64,000 nucleotides of DNA from an uncultured candidate division Zixibacteria bacterium (GTDB taxonomy: Bacteria > Zixibacteria > MSB-5A5 > GN15 > FEB-12): NCBI GenBank assembly GCA_963806185.1, contig CAWDXE010000007.1, positions 416,001 through 480,000 of the forward strand, written 5' to 3'. The translations under genes were made by a program, and so were the position numbers. Shown in pieces: positions 50,110 to 58,474 of this stretch. Positions within the stretch are counted from its first letter, which is position 1, and each line of letters starts with the position of its first letter. Under the pieces are notes generated by a model. That model had not been told where the DNA came from, ran no database searches, and worked only from the letters and a program-made list of their open reading frames with translations.

Positions 50110-50541
50110 ATGAAAACGTTTCTTCCCACAATCGACCCGAATGGGCGGAAGTGGTACGTAGTCGACATGGAGGGCCAGACGCTCGGGCGGGTGGCGATTA
50201 AGGTGGCGTGTATCTTGCGGGGCAAGAACAAGCCGATCTTTACGCCGCACATCGACACTGGTGATCATGTGATTATAGTAAACGCGGCTTCCCTGAAGGT
50301 AACGGGCGCGAAGATGCAGGGGTTGAAGTATTACAACTACAGTGGGTATCCAGGTGGTTTGCGGACCCAGACGCTGGAAGAGCGTTTGAAGAAGAGTCCG
50401 GCGCGCCTGGTCGAGCACACGGTGTGGCGTATGCTTCCGAAGACGCGTCTAGGGCGCAAGATGATCAAAAAGTTACATGTCTATCCCGGGGCTGAGCATC
50501 CGCACAAGGCGCAGCGTCCGGAGAAACTTCAATTGCGGTAA
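50110..50541 (+). CDS. rplM: 50S ribosomal protein L13
   Basis: WYVVD, LGR.A, LRGKNKP.FTPHIDTGD, SGYPGGL, HPH.AQ. Confidence 0.98.
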   Translation: MKTFLPTIDPNGRKWYVVDMEGQTLGRVAIKVACILRGKNKPIFTPHIDTGDHVIIVNAASLKVTGAKMQGLKYYNYSGYPGGLRTQTLEERLKKSPARLVEHTVWRMLPKTRLGRKMIKKLHVYPGAEHPHKAQRPEKLQLR

Positions 50542-50553
50542 TCTGTGAGGGAT

Positions 50554-50958
50554 ATGTCAGCGACAGCAACTTCTGAGAAGTATGAAGCGACCGGACGCCG
50601 GAAAGAGGCGACTGCGCGCGTGCATGTCGTGCCGGGCAAGGGGAATGTCTCCGTCAACGGCAAAGGCATTCACGAGTACCTGGCACGCGAGACGTTGGTC
50701 GATCACGCCCAGCGGCCGTTGGTGGCGACAAACACCATAGGTCAGTTGGACGTGCATTGTTTTGCCAACGGCGGCGGGTTGTCGGGTCAGGCGGGTGCGA
50801 TTCGCATGGCGATAGCGCGCGCCCTGGTCAAACTCAATCCGAGCTCGCACCAACTGCTGCGTCGGGAAGGTCTTTTGACCCGTGACCCGCGCGTCGTGGA
50901 GCGCAAGAAGTACGGTCGTCCGAAAGCGCGCAAACGCTTCCAGTATTCGAAGCGGTAG
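50554..50958 (+). CDS. rpsI: 30S ribosomal protein S9
   Basis: TGRRK, GGGLSGQAGAIR, RDPRVVERKKYG, QYSKR. Confidence 0.98.
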   Translation: MSATATSEKYEATGRRKEATARVHVVPGKGNVSVNGKGIHEYLARETLVDHAQRPLVATNTIGQLDVHCFANGGGLSGQAGAIRMAIARALVKLNPSSHQLLRREGLLTRDPRVVERKKYGRPKARKRFQYSKR

Positions 50959-51084
50959 GCGCGGGATGATCCCCGCCTTAGCGGCGGGGAAATGGCAATC
51001 CTGACCGACCTGGTGAACGGTCCCGATCGGGTTTCCACCGGGGAAGACGTCAGGGTAAAGGTAAACCGAGGTATAAGGAATCGT

Positions 51085-51870
51085 ATGATCACACCAAAGG
51101 TACGCGAATTTCTGGAAGCGGGTGTTCATTTCGGCCATCAGACGCGCCGATGGAACCCGAAGATGAAGCCGTTCATATTTGCCGCGCGCAACGGCATTTA
51201 CATTATCGATCTGCAGAAGACGATCAACGCCCTCGAGCAGGCCAAGCGCAAAGTGCGCGAGGTGGTGCAGGGAGGCAAGTCGATCTTGTTTGTCGGCACC
51301 AAGAAGCAGGCGCGCGAGGTCATTCTGGAAGAGGCGCCGAAATGCCGCGGGTTCTACGTCACGGAGCGCTGGCTGGGCGGGATGCTCACCAACTTCAACA
51401 CGATCAAGAACTCGATCAAGAAGCTCAAAGATATCGAGAAGATGCGCGAAGACGGCACGCTCGAAAAATTCACGAAAAAAGAGCGTGCCATGATGGAGAA
51501 CGAGGCCGCCAAGCTGACCGAAATTCTGGGCGGCATCAAAGAGATGAATTACCTGCCCGGACTGATGATCGTCGTCGACGCCAAGAAAGAGAAGATCGCG
51601 GTCGCGGAAGCCAAGAAGCTCGGCATTCCGATCATCGCGATTCTCGACACCAACGCCGATCCGGATCCGATCGATTTTCCGATCGCGGCCAACGACGACG
51701 CGATCAAGTCGATTCGCCTGATTTTGCGCGAGCTGGTGCAGGCGGCGTTGGATGCAAAGGGGAACGTCAACCAGGCAATGATCGAAGCGGCGGTTGAGGC
51801 CGAGCGCGGGATGCCGCTGTCGACCTACGTGTCAATCGAAGATAAGCCCAAGGGCGAGAGCGCTGAATAA
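51085..51870 (+). CDS. rpsB: 30S ribosomal protein S2
   Basis: LEAGVHFGHQTRRWNPKM, RWLGGMLTN, DTN.DP, NDDAI. Confidence 0.98.
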   Translation: MITPKVREFLEAGVHFGHQTRRWNPKMKPFIFAARNGIYIIDLQKTINALEQAKRKVREVVQGGKSILFVGTKKQAREVILEEAPKCRGFYVTERWLGGMLTNFNTIKNSIKKLKDIEKMREDGTLEKFTKKERAMMENEAAKLTEILGGIKEMNYLPGLMIVVDAKKEKIAVAEAKKLGIPIIAILDTNADPDPIDFPIAANDDAIKSIRLILRELVQAALDAKGNVNQAMIEAAVEAERGMPLSTYVSIEDKPKGESAE

Positions 51871-51893
51871 CGAGACAGGATTATTTCGGACCT

Positions 51894-52487
51894 ATGGATA
51901 TAAATGCAAAGTTGGTAAAGGAACTCCGCGACCAGACGGGCGCGGGGATGATGGACTGCAAGAAGGCGTTGGCGGAAGCGAATGGCGACGTCGAAAAAGC
52001 GGTGCAGGTGCTGCGCGAGCGCGGCATTGCCAAGGCCGCCTCGAAAGAAGGGCGGGCAACGTCGGAAGGAATTATTTCCACGTACATTCACCCCGGTGAC
52101 AAGCTGGGCGTATTGGTGGAAGTGAACTGCGAGACCGATTTCGTAGCGCGCACCGATCAGTTCCGGACGTTTGTGCGCGACGTGGCGATGCAGATCGCCG
52201 CGACCAATCCGCAGGCGGTTCGTCGTGAGGATCTGAATCAGGACATGGTCGCCGGCGAGCGGAATATTTTCAAGCACCAGGTAGAGAACGAGAAGAAGCC
52301 GGCCAACATCATCGATAAGATCGTGGACGGCAAGATGGAGAAGTATTTCGCCGAAACCGTTCTACTGGAACAGGCCTTTGTCAAGGACAATGACCGGACC
52401 ATTCAGGATCTGGTGAAAGCGACAGTGGCGTCGCTGGGCGAGAATATCCAGATCAAGCGGTTCGTCCGCTTCCGTCTTGGTGAGTGA
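51894..52487 (+). CDS. tsf: Elongation factor Ts (short form)
   Basis: VKELR..TGAGMMDCKKAL, EVNCETDFVA. Confidence 0.98.
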   Translation: MDINAKLVKELRDQTGAGMMDCKKALAEANGDVEKAVQVLRERGIAKAASKEGRATSEGIISTYIHPGDKLGVLVEVNCETDFVARTDQFRTFVRDVAMQIAATNPQAVRREDLNQDMVAGERNIFKHQVENEKKPANIIDKIVDGKMEKYFAETVLLEQAFVKDNDRTIQDLVKATVASLGENIQIKRFVRFRLGE

Positions 52488-52490
52488 CGT

Positions 52491-53216
52491 ATGAGCGAGG
52501 ACGGCCCGAAACCGGCGTACAAGCGAATTCTTCTGAAACTCTCGGGCGAGGCCCTCATGGGACCCCGGGAGTTTGGTATTGACACCGCGACCGTGGTGTC
52601 CATCTGCGAGCAAATCAAGGACATCAAACAGTTCAAGATCGAGATCGGCGTCGTGGTGGGCGGCGGGAATATATTCCGCGGCCTGCATGCGTCGGAGCGC
52701 GGCATGGATCGCGTGACAGCGGACAACATGGGGATGTTGGCGACGGTCATGAATTCGCTGGCGATGATGGATACGCTGGAGAAGATGGGGATATATACGC
52801 GCGTAATGTCGGCAGTGAAGATCGAGGCGTTTGCCGAGACGTACATTCGCCGGCGCGCCGTGCGACATATGGAAAAGGGCCGCGTCGTCATCCTGGCGGC
52901 GGGGACCGGCAATCCGTATTTCAGCACGGACACGGCGGCGTCGCTGCGGGCGGCCGAAGTGGGCGCGGAGGTGATGATCAAGGCGACAAACGTCGACGGG
53001 GTGTATTCTGCCGATCCGAAGAAGGTGCCCGACGCCAAGTTCTTTCCGCAGTTGACGTATATGGAAGTGCTCACCAAGGAACTGCGCGTCATGGATGCGA
53101 CGGCGGTCTCATTACTCAAGGAAAACCGGATACCGATCCGCGTGGTTGCTCTCAAGCAACCGGGGATTCTCCGCAAGGTGATTCTCGGCGAGCAAGTGGG
53201 CACCCTGATCTGCTGA
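52491..53216 (+). CDS. pyrH: UMP kinase
   Basis: LLKLSGEAL, GGGNIFRG, MGMLAT, GTGNPYFSTD, VMDATA. Confidence 0.98.
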   Translation: MSEDGPKPAYKRILLKLSGEALMGPREFGIDTATVVSICEQIKDIKQFKIEIGVVVGGGNIFRGLHASERGMDRVTADNMGMLATVMNSLAMMDTLEKMGIYTRVMSAVKIEAFAETYIRRRAVRHMEKGRVVILAAGTGNPYFSTDTAASLRAAEVGAEVMIKATNVDGVYSADPKKVPDAKFFPQLTYMEVLTKELRVMDATAVSLLKENRIPIRVVALKQPGILRKVILGEQVGTLIC

Positions 53217-53249
53217 GCGGGACGATATTACTACTCGTAGGGGTGTACT

Positions 53250-53807
53250 ATGGTAGATCAAATAATCAAAGACGGAAAAGACAGAATGCATAAGACGGTC
53301 GAGGCGATTGTGCGGGAACTGCATGTCGTGCGGACCGGCAAGGCCTCGGCGCACCTGCTGGATACAGTGAAGGTGGAGGCATACGGATCGTTGATGCCGC
53401 TCAACCAGGTGGCGACGGTCAGCGCGCCGGAGCCACGATTACTGACAGTGCAGGCGTTTGACAAGACGACCGTAGGCGAAATCATCAAGGCGATCCAGAA
53501 GGCCGATCTCGGATTTAATCCATCGGCTGACGGGACGTTGATTCGCATTCCAGTGCCGGCGCTGAACGAAGAGCGCCGTCGCGATCTGGTCAAGCACTGC
53601 AAGCACCTGGCCGAAGAGGGACGGGTAGCGGTGCGCAATGTTCGTCGCGACGCCAACGAACATCTCAAGAAGGCGCTGAAGGACCACAAGATTTCCGAAG
53701 ACCAGGAACGGGAAGCGCTGGACAAGATTCAGAAATCGACGGATGATTATATTCGCCAGATTGACGACATCATTGCGAAGAAGGAAAAGGAAGTGATGGA
53801 AGTCTGA
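53250..53807 (+). CDS. frr: Ribosome recycling factor
   Basis: RTGKA, YG...PLNQVA, P.LNEERR, RVAVRNVRRDAN, KEKEVM. Confidence 0.98.
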   Translation: MVDQIIKDGKDRMHKTVEAIVRELHVVRTGKASAHLLDTVKVEAYGSLMPLNQVATVSAPEPRLLTVQAFDKTTVGEIIKAIQKADLGFNPSADGTLIRIPVPALNEERRRDLVKHCKHLAEEGRVAVRNVRRDANEHLKKALKDHKISEDQEREALDKIQKSTDDYIRQIDDIIAKKEKEVMEV

Positions 53808-53834
53808 GCGCGGCGAGCGGGAAAGATTGCTATG

Positions 53835-53863
53835 AAGCCCGAGGTGAGAGCCTCGGGTTTTTT
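53835..53863 (+). terminator. Intrinsic terminator after frr
   Basis: AAGCCCGAGG-TGAGAG-CCTCGGGT followed by a T-run. Confidence 0.75.
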
Positions 53864-53879
53864 GTGGGGGGGGAACCTG

Positions 53880-54075
53880 ATCGGGTTTCGACTCCGCTCA
53901 GCCCGGCGGTTCGCTTGCGCCAGTTGCCCAAACGGTTTGTAAGATGGGCCCCCGCTCAAGGCGGGGGTGACATTGGGGGAGGCGGGGGTGACACGTGGGG
54001 AAAGGCGGAAGTGGTTATGCATTCAGATCGCCTCTCGTCGAAGTTTATCCTGAGCGAAGCCGAAGGGCTCGAGGC
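53880..54075. repeat. REP-like palindrome cluster 3
   Basis: ATGGGCCCCCGCTCAAGGCGGGGGTGACATTGGG identical to the unit at ~7152; further AGGCGGGGGTGACA and ATCCTGAGCGAAGCCGAAGGG units. Confidence 0.7.
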
Positions 54076-54183
54076 GGCGGGGGCGGAAAGAAAGCGTTGA
54101 CAAATGGATGCGCAACGCTATGTTACATATACATAGTTACCACATATGTGAATCCAAACCATCAGCGCCGATTCGAGGGCGTT

Positions 54184-57100
54184 ATGTGTCGTTCCAACTA
54201 CTTACTATCAATCATTGTCCTAGCTGCCCTGTTGGGTGTTGCCGTGCCAGGCCCGGTACGGGCGGCAGAGCCTGACGACGTCTACTGGGCCGCCGGGTTT
54301 AACCTGCCGGGGCCGGTTGGGAATATCGAAGCACAGGTTGTATTCGATAACAAACTGATTGTGGCGGGGGAGATCAGTTCGGTCGATGCGGATTCGGCCC
54401 ATAATGTCGCGATGTTCAATGGGGTATCGTGGGCGCCGTTTCCGACGGGGTTTGATGATGGGATAGTGTATGCGTTGTGTGTCTACAACGGCGCGCTGAT
54501 AGCGGGCGGGACATTTCGCAATTCAGACGGTCATTATTTAGGTGGGGTAGCATCCTGGGATGGAGCGCAGTGGCAGTCGATAGGCGCCGGGGATGTCGAT
54601 GTCTACTCGCTGGCGGTGTTTAGCGGCAAACTGGCGGTCGGAGGTACGTTTACCACCATCGGCGGAATTTCCGCGAGCAGGGTGGCGACGTGGGACGGCC
54701 TTGCGTGGGGAGCTCTGGGTACCGGCCTGAGGCACCATGCGACCGTGGGGGAAGTGCAGGGACTCACGGAATTTGACGGTGAACTGGTCGCGGCCGGGTT
54801 ATTCGACCGGTCGGGCACTGATGTGCTCACTGAGAATGTCGCCCGGTGGAACGGGGTGAAGTGGGAGTCGCTCGGCGACGGCCATCCGGGCATCCTCTAT
54901 GACGTGATTGACTTCAATGGTCAACTGGTGGTCACCGGAGCCAATGACTCGATGGTGGTTGCGACGTTTGTGGCGGAGACGTGGGTGCCGATGGGCAATC
55001 CGCTGTGGGGATTTGGATATGGCGGCGAGGATCTGGAGATAATCGGAGGAGAGCTCTACGCCGCCGGCATCTTCCAAGATGCGCTGCTGAATCCGACGTG
55101 GACATCAGGAGTCATTCACCTCAACGGAAGTACGTGGGAACCGGTCGGAGATGCACTCGACCATACGAAATCTCTCGTCGAATACAATGGTCGGCTTTTC
55201 ACTGATCAGGCTTGGCTGGGGTCCTTAGCTCTAGACGGTGCGACGTGGGTGCGTACTGGGATGGGGAACGGAGTTGACGCAAGGGTGACCAGTCTCTGCG
55301 AATTCAACGGGGGGGTTGTAGCATCCGGGGCGTTTCAATCGGCGGGAACGACACGAGTGCCACAGCTTGCCTCGTTTGATGGTGTGTCGTGGGCGAAATT
55401 GAGCGAGGGGATGCCGTGGAGCACGGCGGAAGACATGATCGTGTTTGACGGGCAGCTTGTCGCCTGCGGGTATGCAGGTCCCACCAGTGGTAGAGGAAGT
55501 GTCGCTTTCTGGGATGGAGGCGCCTGGCAGGCAATGGACAACACCTTTCACGGGTATGGAAGGGTGCTTAGGATCTACCACGATGAGTTGTATGTCGCCG
55601 GGTATTTTCAATGGCACAATGGGGCACCGCTGGGCTTCATGGTCGCCAAGTGGACGGGCAGTTCGTGGCAGTCGCTGACCACGGCTACGTCGGAACAAGC
55701 GTACGCGATGACAGTGTATGACGACAAGCTCATTGTCGGCGGGCGATTCAACTGGGTAGGTTCGCTTCAGGCGAACCTTATCGCCGCGTGGGATGGTGTG
55801 GGTTGGTCAACGCTGGGGACCGGAATCGATTCGGCTGGGTATACCAGCGTGACCGAACTCTGTATATTCAACGGGCGACTGATGGCGGGAGGGAAGTTTA
55901 CAAGAGCAGGGGGAGAGGTGTGTCACAATTTTGCGGCGTGGGACGGGATGTTCTGGACGCCGGTTCCGGTCAGCAACTACTCGGAATTCGGACGAACAGA
56001 AGTGTATGGGAATCTGCTGATCGTGGCCGGAGAGAAATTCGATGGCCGTCAGTTCAACAAGATCGGTGCGTGGGACGGTCACGATTGGTCGATGCTCGGA
56101 TCGGGTGTTACTTTCAATGGCTCGGTGAAGGCGATCCTGTCGATGGGCAGTTATCTCATGGTGGGCGGAGAATTTGGCCGTGCCGGCGAGAGGTTTTGCG
56201 GTAATATCAGTGAGTGGACGAAGCCGCCTGAAAGCTGGTTTGTTGGGCTGGTTACCGAGGATGGACGGGCGGCGAATCCGAAAATCGTGACTGATGCGCC
56301 GGTCATGGCGTGGTCGCCGAATGTCCATTTGGCTCAGACAGGGTACGAGTTGGAAGTGGGCAGTGATGACGATTGGGCGGTGGCGGAAATGTGGGCGACC
56401 GGTGCTGTCTCGTCGAACGACACATCAGTCACGTATGCCGGGCTGCCGCTCGCGGCGGGGGTGCGTTACCATTTGCGAATTCGAGTAGATGACGGGGCGC
56501 AGTGGTCGCCGTGGCATTACACGACGTTTCGCACGAACGGGGCGCCATCGACGCCGGTACAGTTATCTCCTGTGGACCTGGCTCTCACCGTCAGTATGCC
56601 GACGCTGTGGGTGGAGAATGCAATTGATCTCGAGCATGATGTGTTGACTTACGAGTACCAGGGATTCCATGACACTGATTGTGTGGCCGGACCGGGAATC
56701 GGTCTGACGGGAATAGCTGAAGGGACAGATTCCACCGGAGGCGTGATCACGACGCCGCTGGCGGAAAACTGCCGTTATTGGTGGAGTGTGCGAGCTTTTG
56801 ACGGCCATCTGTATTCGAGTCCGTCGGGTTGGCAGCAGTTTGTGGTGAACGGTGTGAATGAGCCGCCGTCGGCGATCAGCGGGTTGTCTCCGGCGGAAGG
56901 TAACGGGGAGATCAGCTATGAGATGAAGCCGACGTTTGCGTGGACGTCGTCGTATGATCCGGATCCGGGTGATACGGTGCGGTACCGGCTGGAAGTGGCA
57001 GTTGATTCTTCATTTGCCGTGAAGAAGACATACGATTCACTGCTGGTGACATCATTCACCGTAGCCGACTCGCTGGCGTTCGGGACGCATTACTGGTGGC

Positions 57101-57372
57101 GTGTGACGGCGTTTGATAAGACCGGCTTGAGTGTGCAGACGCCGGTGCGCAATTTCCGGACCTGGCAGTTGGGTGATATTGACTATTCGCACGGAACTGA
57201 TATCGGTGATCTGACGGCGTTTATTGATAATCTGTTCCTTTCGTTCACGCCGATATTGCCCCTGAAGCTGGCCGATCTGACGGGCGACTGCAATGTGGAT
57301 ATCGGCGATCTGACGGCGTTGATAAATAATCTGTTCATCACGTTCGAGCCGTTGAAGGCGGGGTGCGAGTAG
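54184..57372 (+). CDS. Large secreted protein: beta-propeller-like repeats, FnIII/Ig-like domains, dockerin-like tail
   Basis: Signal peptide; about ten (L/I)xxGGxF...A.WDG..W..LG.G repeats; YWWRVxA FnIII-like motifs; C-terminal GDID...DIGDLT...ADLTGDCNVDIGDLT; candidate promoter TTGACA-N16-TATGTT at 54097-54124. Confidence 0.82.
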   Translation: MCRSNYLLSIIVLAALLGVAVPGPVRAAEPDDVYWAAGFNLPGPVGNIEAQVVFDNKLIVAGEISSVDADSAHNVAMFNGVSWAPFPTGFDDGIVYALCVYNGALIAGGTFRNSDGHYLGGVASWDGAQWQSIGAGDVDVYSLAVFSGKLAVGGTFTTIGGISASRVATWDGLAWGALGTGLRHHATVGEVQGLTEFDGELVAAGLFDRSGTDVLTENVARWNGVKWESLGDGHPGILYDVIDFNGQLVVTGANDSMVVATFVAETWVPMGNPLWGFGYGGEDLEIIGGELYAAGIFQDALLNPTWTSGVIHLNGSTWEPVGDALDHTKSLVEYNGRLFTDQAWLGSLALDGATWVRTGMGNGVDARVTSLCEFNGGVVASGAFQSAGTTRVPQLASFDGVSWAKLSEGMPWSTAEDMIVFDGQLVACGYAGPTSGRGSVAFWDGGAWQAMDNTFHGYGRVLRIYHDELYVAGYFQWHNGAPLGFMVAKWTGSSWQSLTTATSEQAYAMTVYDDKLIVGGRFNWVGSLQANLIAAWDGVGWSTLGTGIDSAGYTSVTELCIFNGRLMAGGKFTRAGGEVCHNFAAWDGMFWTPVPVSNYSEFGRTEVYGNLLIVAGEKFDGRQFNKIGAWDGHDWSMLGSGVTFNGSVKAILSMGSYLMVGGEFGRAGERFCGNISEWTKPPESWFVGLVTEDGRAANPKIVTDAPVMAWSPNVHLAQTGYELEVGSDDDWAVAEMWATGAVSSNDTSVTYAGLPLAAGVRYHLRIRVDDGAQWSPWHYTTFRTNGAPSTPVQLSPVDLALTVSMPTLWVENAIDLEHDVLTYEYQGFHDTDCVAGPGIGLTGIAEGTDSTGGVITTPLAENCRYWWSVRAFDGHLYSSPSGWQQFVVNGVNEPPSAISGLSPAEGNGEISYEMKPTFAWTSSYDPDPGDTVRYRLEVAVDSSFAVKKTYDSLLVTSFTVADSLAFGTHYWWRVTAFDKTGLSVQTPVRNFRTWQLGDIDYSHGTDIGDLTAFIDNLFLSFTPILPLKLADLTGDCNVDIGDLTALINNLFITFEPLKAGCE

Positions 57373-57404
57373 GGGGCCAGGCCAGCTGCAACGAGTGATT
57401 TGCT

Positions 57405-57630
57405 CTGGGGCGCAACCTTGATCGATTGGATCGGGGTTGCGCCCTACGTTTTTGGGTGATGGACAGTTGCGCGGTTTTATGTGAGAGAGGTGGGCCGAGA
57501 CGAAGCGGACTCATGGGTTCCGGACCTTCGGTCCGGAATGACAATGAGGGGGGGGGATTGGTGGTGGCCGAGATTCTGGAGCCAGACAGGCCAAGCTTGC
57601 GCTTGCCCTGTCCGACTCCAGAATGACAGT
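57405..57630. repeat. REP-like palindrome cluster 4
   Basis: GGGGCGCAACC...GGTTGCGCCCTAC; TTCCGGACC-TTC-GGTCCGGAATGACA; GAGATTCTGGAG...CTCCAGAATGACA. Confidence 0.7.
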
Positions 57631-57763
57631 GCGGGGGCTCAGAAGGACAGAGGGGGGGCAGAATGTGATAATTCGGAGATTTGTTAATCGTTTGTCGGGC
57701 AAGTGATTATCTGGACGGTTGATTCCCTCGGCGATTTTTCGCTGGGCTCGACGTGCTTTTCTC

Positions 57764-57792
57764 TTGACACCTGCACACTTGTGCAGTATTCT
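57764..57792 (+). promoter_or_regulatory. sigma70 promoter with a palindromic operator in the spacer
   Basis: TTGACA-N17-TATTCT; spacer contains CTGCACA-CT-TGTGCAG (perfect 7-2-7). Confidence 0.65.
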
Positions 57793-57839
57793 TGTTTTGT
57801 CACCAAAATGAAGCCTATCCGAAGGAAAGGAGGGTGCAG

Positions 57840-58067
57840 ATGCACCGTCAGGGAATGTCGTCGGTGGTAGGGAGCGAAAGAGGCGCTGAAATGATGATTC
57901 CATTTGTGGAGCCAATAGATGCGGGGATGGTTGCGGAGGTTCTTGCGGATCGTCAGGTGTACCTGTACGCCAATGCGTCGACCTGCCCCGATTGCGGTGG
58001 GGCGATGATGCGTCTGGGCGGCTGCTGTGCCTGTCCGTCGTGCGGGTACCAGAGCTGTAGTGTGTGA
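57840..58067 (+). CDS. Small Zn-ribbon protein
   Basis: Strong SD AGGAGGG; ends CPDCGGAMMRLGGCCACPSCGYQSCSV, resembling the C-terminal Zn ribbon of class II ribonucleotide reductases. Confidence 0.65.
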   Translation: MHRQGMSSVVGSERGAEMMIPFVEPIDAGMVAEVLADRQVYLYANASTCPDCGGAMMRLGGCCACPSCGYQSCSV

Positions 58068-58084
58068 GGGGGAAGGGTGGAGGC

Positions 58085-58375
58085 CGTCAGGTCACACCTT
58101 TCGCGGATTCGGCGCAGGAGCTGACGGAACGGGGTTGTCGGGTTTCTCCGCGAGCTGACGCTCGCTCCGGAACCCGACCTACAGAACTGAAAGATTGCCA
58201 CGGCTCGAAGCGGACCTGGCGGTGACGCGTATGTAGATGAAGTGGACACTGAGATCCTGAATCATAGGAATGATTCAGGATGACGCAGGAGGGGAGCGGA
58301 CCTCGCAATGATGCGTATTTAGGCGAAATGGACACTGAGATCCTGAACCTTTAGGAGAAGGTTCAGGATGACGAG
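58085..58375. repeat. REP-like mosaic cluster 5
   Basis: Same unit order as ~2300-2445 and ~6650-6925: CGTCAGGTCACAC.., GTCGGGTTTCTCCGCGAGCTGACGCTCGCTCCGGAACCCGACCTAC, AAGATTGCCACGG.., GAGATCCTGAA..TTCAGGATGAC x2. Confidence 0.85.
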
Positions 58376-58474
58376 GGAGGGAGAGAGAGTTTCGCAATAA
58401 TAACGACGATAGGCGTGGCGCACGAGACGTACGCCACGCATTAGACACAAGGGCACGAGAGAGAAGTTAAGAGC

